Shown here piece by piece: positions 37,608-51,350 of a DNA stretch of 64,000 nt (position 1 is the stretch's first letter; the number at the start of each line of letters is the position of its first letter). Made by a program: the position numbers and the translations under genes. The stretch is from Acanthaster planci (Eukaryota), in assembly GCF_001949145.1 (NCBI RefSeq), contig NW_019091356.1, positions 4,756,934 through 4,820,933 on the forward strand, given 5' to 3'. Under the pieces are notes generated by a model, which saw only the letters and a list, made by a program, of their open reading frames with translations, was not told where the DNA came from and ran no database searches.

Positions 37608-38811
37608 GAATATATAACAGAATATCTACAATGGAACGGGGCATGCATGTCGCGTTCAAAAGGAAGAAAGGAGATGGGGCATGTACATGCAACATAGGAA
37701 CTCCAAGCTCAATGGTAGAACAAGAAGAAAAATTACAACTGTGACAAATAAACCATCAAGTGGTTGATGTGAGGATACATGGATCATAGCCAAAGATGAA
37801 CTGGTAGATGTCTTTCAATTAAAAAAAAAGAAATGCTGGGAATTTAGGGTATTGCACTTGTGAAAATGGTCTCACTGTAGAACAATGACACAATATAAGT
37901 TGACATTCCTGTTTTTCTTTTTTTTTTCTATACGGAAACTTTTAATATTTTGCTTACAGAGCTACAATTCAAATACATGTAGTAGTATTTTGGGCAGGGG
38001 TTTACTGCCTTAGATTGTCTAATTTAAGCTACTTAAGTTTTTATTTAAATTTACCGAATGAATAATTTCTCTTTCCGTGTTTAACACACTCTTTCGAGTA
38101 GTTGTTTTACGCAAACTGCAGGAGGGAATGTCATAAAATACTACCTTGCTAATACCAAATTCATTTTCAACTGTTTGTCTTTTTCGTGATACACCGAAAA
38201 GGTGCATCTATAAACAGCAGCTTTGTAATATTATCAGTCAAGGTGATAACTGAAATATCACTCGTTGATACAATATTTCTGATATCTAAACCAAATGTCA
38301 CTGTATGGTTCAAGTATTTTGCTAATATCATTCAGTTGAACGACCTCGGCTAGGCAATTAGATACCATGGGTAGTGACTATCACCAGTTCTGAATACTCT
38401 TAACGTCGTAGATTTTTTGCATTTCAAATGCACTGAATGCATAGAGTACACGTAGTTGTTCATGCATTAAATGAAAGTACCTCGTCAGTCGAAATAAAAT
38501 TTACGCCACGACAGCACCGCTTAAAATAATCATGCACCTGAGCAGTCAGGATCAATTTTGTTTTTAACCCAATAAACACATCACGCTTATAGGAAAATGT
38601 GAGTGAAAAACAAACAATAGTTTGGAAATCATTCACTTATTTGCAGCGACCAGGACGCTGAGCAGACTGGGTTGTCGATGTTCGGTCACCTTTTAAGGAT
38701 CGTCAGTGTGTGTAAGGCAAGCAGGTTTGCGCGTTATTCGCTACTCCTAACCATTAAGATCAGTGTCAATCAGTTTTTGGATTTGGTGTGGCTTGGGTAA
38801 ATCATCGGAAA

Positions 38812-41597
38812 ATGTCCGAGATCGAGGAGTCTCAGAGCAGGACAGCCGGAAGTGACAGCGGAGCCGAGGTACGGCATAACCCCTCGGTGATCGACGGTGG
38901 TTGGGGTTGGCTGGTCGTCCTTGGAGGATTCGCGACATTCATTCTGTGGAGTGGCCTCTTGAAAGGGTTGGGAGTGTTACTTTCTAGTGTGACGACAGAC
39001 CTGACACAGAATACAGGGCTGACTGGAGAAATGATCGCTATTCTTGCAGGCATTAGGAGCCTTGGAGGTAAACAATATTCCAAGAACTTCAAATTGAAAT
39101 TAAATAGGGAAACACACGAATGGCTGATATAACAACCCGAAACTGCTCATGTCACTGGTTGATAGAATGTATAGGTGTGAGTAAGTTCCAGCTGACGAAC
39201 ATAAAAAGACCATTTCTCATCCACTCTGATTGGTAGAGTTCACATCATCATTTGCTATGATTCTGATTCGAAAATTTAGTTGACAAAAAGTTTAAAATGG
39301 AACAAACGAAGATCCATCTTTTTTGTATCTTTGTGTTTTACTTGTTTGTTTGTTTGTTTGTTTGTTTGCTTGTTTGAGGTCCCTTTGCTGGACCAATAGG
39401 TGACAAGTTTGGTTACAGACTGGTTGTCATGACAACGAGTTTCTCAGCCGCTCTTGGCATCATCTTTGCGGCCTTTACTCATACCACAATGCAGTTTCTG
39501 ATATGTTTAGCCGTCATATCAGGCAATGCAAAATCTTCCCCATATTCATAATTAAGGTTTTGCTTTGGTTTTCTACTATACCAATTGTGTTATATGATAC
39601 AAAGAATCTAATAGATTTGAAACTATAAACAATATATACATTACTAACTAGACTAAAAAGCTGTGGTTCTCATAAAAGGGACCTTTCCCTGTCTTCACCA
39701 GAAAAACACTCTCCAGAATTAGATGTCAGGTGAACTGAATCCACAAGCAATTTTCGCCTTTGTGTGACATGGTACAAAGTACAGCCCACGTGGCTGGATT
39801 ACAGCTAGTGTCAGATTTCATTTAGACGTTCTGTTTTCTTATGGGGATACAGATTAGAGATAGGATCTCTTCTAGAATTGTTGGTACAAGTCCCCAACAA
39901 TGACAACAGTATAGCTGAATGGTGGGCTGCAATTCTGAAGATTGTGGGGGCTTTATAAGAAATGCAGTTGGTAAACCTTAGAGAGTGTAAATGCAATCAC
40001 TGTTCCCTCATAGAAATCTATCAGTTCTATCTTTTCAATTGCTGGACACACCGAGTCAATTATGCACTTACTCTTCGGAGTGTAGGGTGTTATTTTTTTA
40101 TCCTCGGGCATTTTATTTTCGAATTGCTGAGCTTTTTCTCTAAGTAATCAGTCTATATAAGCAAACAAATCAAAAGTATACGGTATTCCGTATACAATTC
40201 CTTCAAGAGACCTTTTTCATATTAATTTAATATTTCAAAGTCAAATTAGCTTTACTAGACGTCTACACACAAAAACCTAAGATTTTCAGCCACTTCTTTC
40301 ATCAAATATAAGTTTGAGATCATTATTTTAGTTAACACAAGTTTTCACGCGTGGTTGTTTTTTCTGCATGACAGGAGTAAGTTTCTCTGCACCAACTATC
40401 CTGACCAAGGCCATGATAGGCCGCTACTTTCATCATCGCTTTGCTCTGGCAATAGGTCTAGCTAGTGCAGGTGATTCACTGTCCATGGTCCTCATAGCGC
40501 CTATGATGCAGGTTTTGCTAGACACCTACGGATGGAGGGGCGCTCTACTGATCCAAGGTGGTCTGTGTCTGCACCTTATTGCCGTAGGTGCGCTACTCAG
40601 AGACCCCCCAATGTCAGAAGAAACTCAGTTGGGATATACATCCATCCCAAACGAGGATAAGATTGTGGAATCCTCAGAACAAACAGATCAAACTCCAGCA
40701 AGCTCCAAGTCCTTTCTGAAAACCTTCAACTTCTCCGTCTTGACCAAGTTGGTCTTCTGGGTGATTTGTCTGGTTATGACTGGGACATATTTGATATCTA
40801 TCTTGTGGTACCTGTACTTTGTTCCTCACGCGGAGGCAAAGGGCTTCACTCCAGGACAGGCGGTGACGTTTGTCGCGGTAGCTGGTGTGGGACAAATCGT
40901 CACCAAGATTGCCATGGGTAAACTCATCGACAAGGAGATGATAAGCAGCAGAGTAGGACTGGTACTTTGTATCACTACTTGTTCACTGACTCTTGTCATT
41001 GATCCACTGCTCCATACGTTCTGGCCCATGATGATTGTGACAACTATCTTCGGTAGCTCTTTCGGGATGGTGTTTTGCTTGGTGGATGTCTTTGCCAAGG
41101 AGATAGCTGGAAATGATGGACTTGCTAGTGCCTTGGGCTTCATTGATTTGATCGGTGGGATAAGCAGAATATTCTTGGGATTCGCACCCGGTGAGGCCCC
41201 CTCAAAAAGTAATACTGAAAAATAATACTGTTCCATATGACATTTGCAATTGCTCCTTCTTAAAAACACCCTTTTTTCGATATTTGTATCTAACATAATT
41301 TCCCTTTTCCATGCCTAAGTATAACACGTGGACTGACACTATTTTCAGCAAAGGTCTTTCACAACATGACGTAAAGAAGTTAACTTATGATTCGGTTTGA
41401 GGCAGAAAAAACAGATGGGTACCTGTCATTGCTGATGTAACTGGATTGTTAATTAACAATACACTTGTTATATCTTCTTGATAGGTTGGATCTATGAGAA
41501 GAGTGGAAGTTACGACACTGCATTTGTGTTTATCGGTGGGCTATATCTGACAACCCTCTTACCTCTCGTAACTGAATGGATCATAGACAAACGGTAA
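38812..41597 (+). CDS. Monocarboxylate transporter, SLC16 family (MFS), ~442 aa, 4 exons
   Basis: Exons 38812-39067, 39379-39522, 40375-41190, 41485-41597 (1329 nt). Motifs: DGGWGWLVV, GPFAGPIGDKFGYR, IGRYFHHRFALAIGLASAG, LLDTYGWRGALLIQGG, GWIYEKSGSYD.AF. Exon 2 needs a GAG acceptor and a GC donor. Confidence 0.88.
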
Positions 41598-43228
41598 CAG
41601 TGTCCACATCCTCATCTGGGATATGTTGATGAATAAAAGTAAATAACCACCAACTCCAAGAGGAAAATATGGCATCGGAAAAATTATTTCAGTTGTTTCC
41701 GTCTTATCTAGAATGATTAAGTGATAGTATTAACTAAACCTTTTGTAGCCGTAAAACAACGATCCCGTATAAGTTGTTGGAAAGGGACCACAAAAATGGC
41801 AAACACTTGTGTTGGTGTTACTTAATTGACTTTGAGGTTCACTGCCATTTTATTGTACATTGTTTCACCCAATCTATACAAAACAAGTTGTTTTGGAAAG
41901 CGTAGTAAATGACAACGTGCGCAATGTATGTCAATTTCCAGTGTTTAAGGTATGGTAATTTTGGGGTAAAACGCGTTATATTTTTGTAGCTTTTTCCTTT
42001 TACTTGCAAGAAATATTAACTGGAGGAAATATTTTCAGCAAAGAAAATTTTTTGAATAAACTGGTGCCCCTCAATCACATGAACGGTGGCTATCGTTTTG
42101 TCCAGAAAATCACTCCAATCGTAGTTATTCGTTTGAGAGTCAATGTTTGGCGTATTTCTTTATGGTAGAATTTAACATTCTGCATACTCGCCGGTCTGCC
42201 TTCTTTGTTTCAAATTTTAATTATCTTATGCCACAAGAAAGCATTGTTAAAAGAAAAACTAATGGTTTCTGTGATTAAGATAACTATTTAAGTACAAATA
42301 GTTGAGTGTTTTACATTCTGTTGTGTGTGTCCAACTTATCCAATATAGCCCGCCCACTTGCCTTGATTGTCTGAGGTATAAGACCTACATAAAGCAAAGG
42401 ATGGAGCAATATTTTTGCCTGCGTGCTGCTCTCAATATACAAAAAAAATCCATGATCCCTATATATCCCAAAATATGTACAGATTTTGAAGGGGCTGTTA
42501 ATTCAATCACTTTAACACTTTCTAATACATGTATAATACATGTAGTAAAATTTAAGTATCTGACTTTATTAAAATACCCGAAATATCAATGAAGAAAAAG
42601 TCACAGTGTTCTAGATTGTCAATTGACTTTGTCAGATGCTGCAGGGTAGGATGTTTGGTGTAGATTATTCATATTAGTGAGTCATTGCGTCACACACATA
42701 CAGGAAAACAAAGCCATTTGGCAGGATTAACTATTTACACAAATAACCTGTAACTCCAAACAGACATTTTACCGGTTACATGTACAGTACGTCAAAAAGT
42801 CCTCATTATATGCCTAGTTAATTGCATGTTCAGTACATATCAATTGAAAAAGTTTGCCGTTATCGCCTTCAAGGAAACTACCGGTGTTGATTTTTCATTT
42901 ACTAGACATGGGTATAATAAGGCTAGAAGCAATTAAGCAGAGATGGATTTAAATTATACATCTTTGACAAATTTACCCGTTGAACCGAAGAATCTTCCAA
43001 AATAGAAAATGATATCAATATTTTTATTTGGTGACCAAACAAAACACTCAAATCGAAACCTTGCTTTATTGACGAATATTGTTTTACTTTCACTTATTTA
43101 CCCCTCATTCACCCCTCTGTCAACTCGCCAAGTTAAACAAGGTTAATAATGTTAATAATCTTCTGCCTAATTTTTACGGTATTGTTGGGATAGGACATTT
43201 GCTGAGTGTAGGATGCCTGAAGCACCTT

Positions 43229-46200
43229 TCAAATGCTTATAGCATTGGGTACTTCCTTAGGATGTAGATACAAGTAGGGCGATGCACGAGTGGCATTTCT
43301 CTCGTCGATGATGGCGCCAACACGAAGCAGATCCTTTCTAAACCTGTAATTATGAACGATGTTCTTCTATCAGTGGTGGGCCACGGGACACGTTTAACTG
43401 AGTTACTTCCATGAGACAGATTCGTTGAGAGTAGAATTTAGCCAATGGCTTGTATTGGACGACATTTCATGGACGTTTTTGGGAGACTGGTATTTTTTTA
43501 GTTTGTTAGTTTGTCATGCGGAGGGAGTTTTGGACCATTAAGATTGGAGATGTCATCCAAAGCTGCTTTTTTCGCGGGTGTCGAGAAAGATTCCATAAAG
43601 GTTGCAGTAACCTATCATTTTTATGAATATTATATTTATACGCTAGAAACAGGCAAATTGTAGCAATTTATTACCCTCATTTTGGTTCGGAATTCAACAA
43701 AAGTATAAGTCGATTCCTCTGTCTTTTAAAAACCCATTGTCGACGATATTCAATACAATATTTAATGTCACAGACATTTGATGGAACAACAATTTTTGAA
43801 ATTATACTCACGATTCTACCGCCTTCTTGCCGATTGGGTCAAACTGGTACTCAACTTCAAAGTCTCCTAGACTGTTGGTTCCCCTATCACTCAGAATCTT
43901 GGTTACCAACATGATACTGAGTGTCTTTTCTTTTTCTGGTAGGCAGTCAATCACGTCTTTCTCGCTCCGAGGACTCTGATCAGAAATAGAACACGACATT
44001 CAATTCTTCTTGATGGATATAAAATAATTCACTGCTGAGATAACATAACTGAGAACTATATCTCAGGATCAAGCAAGAGAGTTTTTCCTTTTAAATTGAA
44101 CTCATACTTCTCTCTGGAGATCGAGCGCAGAAAGTGATGCTCAGCATCAGTTTATTCGAAATGAAAAATTCAACTTTGAATTTGTTTAAGTAGATAAAAT
44201 GGACTTGTCAAAATAATCACCTTGTCAAGAATACGGGATTTTTTTGTACAACGCTGGGCTTTGCTTTGTTCTCTTCCTTATTTTCCCATCACTGATGATG
44301 TTTCATTTCACATACCTTATCTCTTGGTGGTTCAGGAACGCGCATGAGCGAAGGGTAATTGGGTGGGAAGGCATACTCGTCATACTGTGCAAAGTTAGCA
44401 GCAGCGTGACCCACGCTGCTCGTGTAGATGATGGCGGTCAAAGCTCCTATTAACTCTGCATTTGTTGTGAATTTTCCATTGCCATGAACTCCCTGTTAGA
44501 AAAGGAACGATATGAGTTATAAACAACTGATTCTGGGAAAAACGTCAAAGGACACATGGAATATGACCGGATATTATCTTGGACATGCAGCTACCGGTAA
44601 CATCCAAAATCTTGAGGGGGACTACATGTATATGTACTTCACAGTGTAGCTATTCAGGAAATAGCAGAGTATTTAACTTTTATAATAAGATAATATAAAA
44701 ATGGATGTGTATGCCCCTTTCATCCATCCCTGCTAGCCCCGCTCGAAGACCTAGATAACGTCATTGTCTAGACCTACCAGTACTCCTGCACCGCCCTCAT
44801 TTGATGGCTTTGTCAGAGTCTCAGCAAACTCTTGGATCTCATTGTCTTCTGCCAACTTAACTGGATCATCTGTGTTACCCAAACAGTAAAACTTTTCAAG
44901 GCACCATTACCAGATATTATTACAAATCCTGTCGTTAATTAATCAAAACAGCATCACCCGCTCTCGCAGTGAACTTGTAAAATCTTACATCTTTATAAAA
45001 GGATTAGAGGATAAAAAGTGAAACGGTTCACGAGCAGTAATTACCGTAGGTTCCGTTAACAACCTCCGCCACATACGTCTGTATGGCTTCAAAGTTCAAG
45101 AGGGCATCGTCTCGGAAGTGGTAGTTGGGAAGTGCTTCTGAGTCATCAACTCCACGGTTTTTCAAGTCAGCTGGCAGTGTTCCCTCGACGTCCAGTCTCC
45201 AGGAAGGTTTTGTCCTAACGATAATCTCAAACATTCCGATTCGACCGATGCTCATGCACTGATCCACCCAACCGTCTTCTGACACCAGTTTGCCCAAAGC
45301 ACGACTATCAAGGGTAATAAAAACAAGTCCAATCAAGCTGCGACAGGCTCTGAAATGAATATAACAAACTAGCACCTTTCAAAACAGAAATAGATTGATT
45401 TCTTCTGCATTCGAAAGGTTGATACCTGAGTTCATTTCTCAACTTACTAATTGATTGCAATGAGGTAGAGAAAATGTGGAGCCAGAAGTCTGAAGATGGG
45501 ATGAGACGGAGACAGTGTACGGTGGGTGGCTACAGCGATGGATTCCACAATGAGATGTGTAAACCCAAGATGGGTGGCTGATTGGTGGTAAGATGCGTCA
45601 GCGTTGTTGAACCACATCTTGGCAAGGAGCCAAGTGTATTCGGGATCGGTAGGGAGAAACACCTGGAGGACAAAAGAAGATAGTCAAGTATACTACCCAT
45701 GTACACTGGAATAAAGAGAGGGCGCTCTGTAAACAATCAATAGTGCTTCCTATGTGTCGCAGACTGCTTTTTCTAAGAGTAAGGCCGCATGTAGAATTAA
45801 TTAAAACGGCTTCAAGCATTAATTCGTGCCTTGAATGTGAAGGAAATGAGAAAATCACTATGAAAAATAATCATGTTTTTGTTTCTTGTAAAACAGACAT
45901 TAAGGATGACACTTTTCTTACTGGGTTATCCTCAGCTGGATCCTGGAAAAGTTGGATAGCGACAGGCATAAGATTCTTTTCCTTGTTGACGAAAAACAAA
46001 CCGATGGGAGCACAGATCTGCGTAATACATGGAAAGTTAATACAGGCAAGCACTAAATACAGATGGAAATTAAGTAGGCCAGTCAAGAAAATGGTGCATT
46101 CACCAGTTTGAATTAGTCAAATAGTACCTATATTCATAACTTTGTCACAGAAACAACCTCTTAAATTAGTTGATTAGTTTTTCTTTAACACAAGAAATGA

Positions 46201-48324
46201 GAATCTGTGAAATAAAGAACCAGCACTTTTTTGCGGTACTGTTTTTTAACTCTTTATTGGCAGCAGGCTTTGCTGTGTAAAGAGGTCCGATAATTGTCCT
46301 CGTAGATAACTTACCTTTCTACCATAACTACAAGGAAGATCCTTCAAGATCTTGTAGTTCAGAATATACAATCTCTTGGCATCAATAGCTTCTTGTATTG
46401 TCAAGCCTTCAAGAAGAGGTTTCAGCATCTCATCACTGACTGCCAAGCTGTGATTAGAAATTTTTGAAAACCGGATGATTTTGGTTTCTGTTTTCTTCCA
46501 GCAGTAGGACCTAGAGAGAAACCCCCCTACTCCTACCTCCAGAATTCAATATTTACTGGATTTTTTTCTTGTACGTTTTAACAGACGTTTTGCAAAGTTG
46601 AAACGGTAGAAAGTGGTTTACAGTTATGTAAGGTTCGATTTTCCATTGAATTTGTACAAAAAAGAACAAACTTACTTCTTTACTATTTCTGTGCATCGCC
46701 TGATCTGGTTGGGATTACAGCTAGTCAATCTCTGAGAACCAAACTCGACATCAGATCTCCAATTATTCATCCCCTGCGACACATTATATTTAAAACCTAT
46801 GAAAGCCTTTTGGTTCTGGAGAAAGCTTTAAATTTTATTCAGTGCACAAGTTTTATTTACTGTATTTAAATTCCCGTAGAGGTAATGGTAGTAGCAAATA
46901 CATGTAAATCTAACTATATTTTTCTAAGTAGCTTTCACTTAAAATGTAAAACAAACTGTCCGATGAACTCACGTAAGGCACAGGAAGTTGGTCGTTATAA
47001 ACCCTCTCAATGTCCTCCAGAGATGTCCATTCCTTAGTCTTCACATCCATTAGTTTGACGTGCACGAAGAGCTTTGTCCTGTTCTTTATAATATCCCACT
47101 AAATGTGAGAAAAAAAGATAGGCCTACGTGATGAATACATTCGGCAATAGTTGGTATTTGATATGCCCGTCATTGGACACCGTAGTATCTGTTGGGGTAT
47201 CTATTAATTATGTACCTGTCAGGTACTCACCTTGTAGTCGTCTGAAAATGATTCGTCTGAGGGGAAAGTTTTAACCTGTAGAAACAAGACAATATCACTC
47301 TATAATTCTGAAGTGCATTTATAAAAAAAAACACACAAATCTGCTTTACCCTCTTGAAGGAACAGAGTGATGAATGGATAACTCCCATCCTCCTACGGAA
47401 GCAGTGATATTAAATACAGGATGAGAGTGAAGTAGCAGCAACTATCACTGAATGACAATGACCAACATCTTCATACCTGAGGTATGAGACCTTCCACCTT
47501 GCATTCCAATTCATACAGCATCTGTTTCTCCTCTAGTTCCTCCTTCCGCTCTTGTTTTCTCTCATCAAACTGAGGCAATAGACAGTCATTACAGAGGAAT
47601 GTGTGCCTCTTCAGAGCTTTGAGCCATCGATGGATGGGGAATACTTCTCGCTCTCCACTCTTCTCACAAATCACCTGAATATCAGGAGTAAATGTTACTT
47701 GATAAACTAGCAAACATCGTGGAGGGGTGTTTCTGTTTTTCATTTTTGATGATGGATGCAAGGCGTCACCGTGACGCAGCTTTCTGAACAGGAACTAAAG
47801 AAAATCTACTCTCTTAACTGGTTAATGGGAGTTATAATTCTTGACTTGCACAGCCAACATCTACATTGTGAGAACCGTTTATTCAAACAAACACAAAACA
47901 TACAGTATCCCAAGAAAATTGAAAAAAAAAATGAAATGGGTTTCTGATTTCCCGCTAACTTTCAAAAAGATGAAAAATGCATTTTTTTAAACTTGGCGGA
48001 TTGGTTTCATCAATTTTATTCTCCTACCTCAACTCTTTCGACGAACCAGCTGTCCATGGCTCCATCTGTGTCTCTCCAAAGCTCAATTTTACAGACTTGA
48101 CCAAAGTTGGCCAAATTGGTGACTGGGAACCGATCGGTACTTCCCCGCTCCATGTCATTCTTCCACTTAGAGTTCAAGGGAATATCTCGGGATCTTATCC
48201 CTTCTTTGTTAAACAAAGCGATGAAGACATTAGCGTCTGTTCCGGCTCCTTTCACATCCCCAGTCTTGACGAGGATAACGTAATCAGGAGGAGAAATATT
48301 GCCGGACACGCACGCATTACCCAT
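43229..48324 (-). CDS. Lipoxygenase paralogue A (PLAT + non-heme iron LOX domain), ~671 aa, 13 exons
   Basis: Exons 48324-48028, 47674-47477, 47275-47231, 47098-46973, 46773-46676, 46447-46315, 46017-45922, 45662-45448, 45304-45045, 44869-44778, 44492-44316, 43975-43812, 43343-43229 (2016 nt). PLAT domain [13 protein letters not shown]...[67 protein letters not shown]-terminal VPNAISI*. All iron ligands are present. Confidence 0.95.
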
Positions 48325-49637
48325 GGCAAAAGGTCACCTATATGTATCTAGCTGATGAAAGCAAGGGTCTCACGAGCCCCTTTATAATGCAACAAGTCCT
48401 GAAGTTAAACAACGAATACCAACTCACCGATCGGAAAACCGACAACTCTGTACTACTTCCTTTCAATCAGCAGAATACGTGCCACATTAACTTATAAAAT
48501 GTATTGTTAACTGTATCTTATGGTGGTTCACTATGGTCAGAAACCAAATTTCTTGTCAAGTACTCCAAATACTGCTGACCACGATGCATGATACATATTC
48601 TTGTTGCTGTTGTTTACACCGTATCCACCTGCAACAGAACAGCGTTCACGCCCCGATGAGCACAGAGATCGATGGAACTACACAGCCACCTGTGTAAATT
48701 CTTTCCACGGAGTTAGAGGTTTTAAACGGGCCAAGGCCATCTGCTTGTATTATCGTGCTTTGAGCGACGCGCGTACTTGTGCGCAACGAAGGCGAGACAC
48801 AGTTCCAGTAAAGCTTAAAGAATCATTGAAAAGCCACGTATGGCTGATGCATTTCTCTAATTTATTTGATTTCAAATACTTGCGAAGAAAACATGTTCAT
48901 CCTACACAAATTTCAAACAAAACCGAATAATAGAAAAAGCAAAGTGACTAAAATTCAATACATTAAGCTGAATGAAATTAATTTAAGGGAAAAACGAAAC
49001 AAACATCAGTTAGATTTATTTTCAGAGAGGTAGAAAGTGCCTTGCCAATAATCTATTAGTCTTGGCTAATGAAATGATAGTTCTTTTTAATTTTAAAGAC
49101 TCAAGTGGGACAAAGAAACAAACAAAGCTAGTGATTACACTTGAAATTCATGGGGTATCTATGTCGTCTCGATTTCTGTCGACTTAAGATTCACCTCAAC
49201 ATTTATTTCCATATTGCAAAGTATATATCTTGCAATCGGACACATATGAGAAAAAAGAGGCAATATGGAGGCACGTTCAGAAGACAAAGTCTTATAAAGA
49301 CAAAACACTAATGACAAACAAAACTACCGATGAATCATTCAGAAGAGCGGAAGGATAAAGATAGAAAAAAAACATGAACAGACTGAAATGTACTGAAAAC
49401 TGAAAACCGTTGTCCTTGCTGTCGACAACGTTGTCTCCTTCCAGTCTGTGAACATTACACTCTTTGCAGTCAATGTAGCGCTTTATAAGGAATCTACTTC
49501 CTACCACATTTGAACCCCACTAGACATGCAACATGTTCTCAGAAAAAAATCTGTATTTTTTATGCAGTTGAAAACAATACACGGATGACGCATATGCGCC
49601 ACTCCATACAATCGTTCATAACATGTGCACTCCGACG

Positions 49638-50640
49638 AATTTTGGTTTCTTCGAGGCATTCCACTCAACTAAAATGCTAATCTAATTGTTACTCCATTAA
49701 TTATCCCCGCACCAAAGTTTCCTCTAAATAATACAAATATTCTAATTGTAATGCTACAAATCAATAACATTCTTCAGCAAATTTTTAAATGAAACTTGTA
49801 ACTCAGAACTCGATTACCAATTCTGGTTTCTTCAAGGCATTCCAAGCAACTAAAATGCTAATCTAATTTGTTATTCCATTTATTATTCCCGTCACCAATA
49901 TTTCCTCTAAATAATACAAATATTCTAATTGTAATGCTGCAAATGTATAATATCCTTCAGTGAATGTTTAAATGAAACTTGTACCTCAGAACTCGATTAA
50001 GAATTCTGGTTTCTTCAAAGCATTCCAATTCAACTTCAATTCATTCAACTAAAATGCTAATCTGATTTGCAAGCAAAATGTGTAATACATAAGTTGTGCA
50101 TGTTTCTGCTAAAAACTAGAGGTTGCAAGGTTTGGTTTGAAATCTGATTGTATTTGGCAAAATCCTGTCTCCTCGGAAAAGTCGTCAGAATAGGGGATTC
50201 TGGCAAAATCCTGTCTCCTCGGAAAAGTCGTCAGAATAGGGGATTCTCATATGAAGTATTGAGAGCCCTTGGTTTTTGAAATCTATCAATTCTGAATCAG
50301 CTATTCAACAGAATACTCGTAAATATTACAAATTTGATATTTTGAACCAAGACTTCCGACTCAAATCCCTCTTCTACACAGATGTTTCAAGAAAAGGGAT
50401 AATGAAATCACAAATAGAAGGTTAACAACGTTGTAATGTTTGCTTGAGACACTGGAAAATAGCAAAATAAACATAATGGAAATTTTGGTAGATGAGAATA
50501 GTCACTAATTAATCTTTGTCATTCCATTAATTATCCCCGTCACCAATATTTCCTCTAACTGATACAAATATTCTAATTGTAATGCTAAAAATTCATAACA
50601 TTCGTTAGCAAACTTTTAAATGAAACTTCTTACTCCAAAA
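49638..50640. repeat. ~180-bp tandem/dispersed repeat copies plus an exact ~47-bp duplication between the LOX paralogues
   Basis: Unit containing TGGTTTCTTCAAGGCATTCC...CAACTAAAATGCTAATCT...ATACAAATATTCTAATTGTAATGCT...AAATGAAACTT at ~49638, ~49820, ~50001 (partial) and ~50510 (partial). TGGCAAAATCCTGTCTCCTCGGAAAAGTCGTCAGAATAGGGGATTC occurs twice at ~50155-50247. Confidence 0.85.
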
Positions 50641-51350
50641 CTTACCAATTTCCTGAAACACCACAGGTATTTTAAGAAAAAATGACAGTATGGTCACAAC
50701 GTTAAGGAAACCAGTAAATAGAAATATTTTCATAAATTTTACTAAAAACCCTTGAAATTGCATATTTGGGTTTCAATTAACCTGATTTTAAATTTTTGTT
50801 TTGCAATTTTAACCCATATTTTGATGCTTTTTTGGTTTTATGCTAGTTCACTTTTGCATATTCATGAGCAGAACTATGATGTCTCTCAAGGCACTGAATC
50901 TCAATGTTGCACTGATTTGTGCACAGAACATTTCTAGATTTTTTAGAGTTTATTTTCTTTCTCAATTTATTGCTGTGTAAGTATTTGGCAATAATCCAGC
51001 AAAAATCCTTTTCACAGAAATGTTCCCAGATAGCAAATTTGAGATTCACAATTTGAACATGAAAACATGCAACCTGAACCATGTCTTGCTGGATTTACAT
51101 CAAAGCAAAAGCGCCCTCACTTGTCCAGAAATGCTTGGTCAATTTTTAATGTTTGAAAAGTGCACCATTCAGTTCACGTAACTCAAAAAAGATGTCAAAC
51201 AGCCTTCATACATGGAAGAAGAGCACAGAGATACACAAAAAGTGATTCTAGGAAATATTCATTTCCTGGTTCCTGTAACAATAAATATATCAAAGCTAGT
51301 TGAAGACACTACAAAAATCAGAATGAACATAATGAACTTTGCGGTGGATT

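Noticed and set aside
40674..41296. Minus-strand ORFs (73 and 156 aa) over the MCT
   Set aside because: Antisense shadows of the large MCT coding exon.
45447..45449. Apparent TAG stop after LIAIN in LOX A suggesting a pseudogene or recoding
   Set aside because: The G belongs to the gtaagt donor. Splicing gives TA|T (Tyr), and the exon length (215 nt) equals that of paralogue B.
48325..51350. Possible allene oxide synthase (catalase-like) exons fused upstream of LOX A
   Set aside because: No catalase-like peptide was found; the interval is AT-rich and largely tandem repeats.
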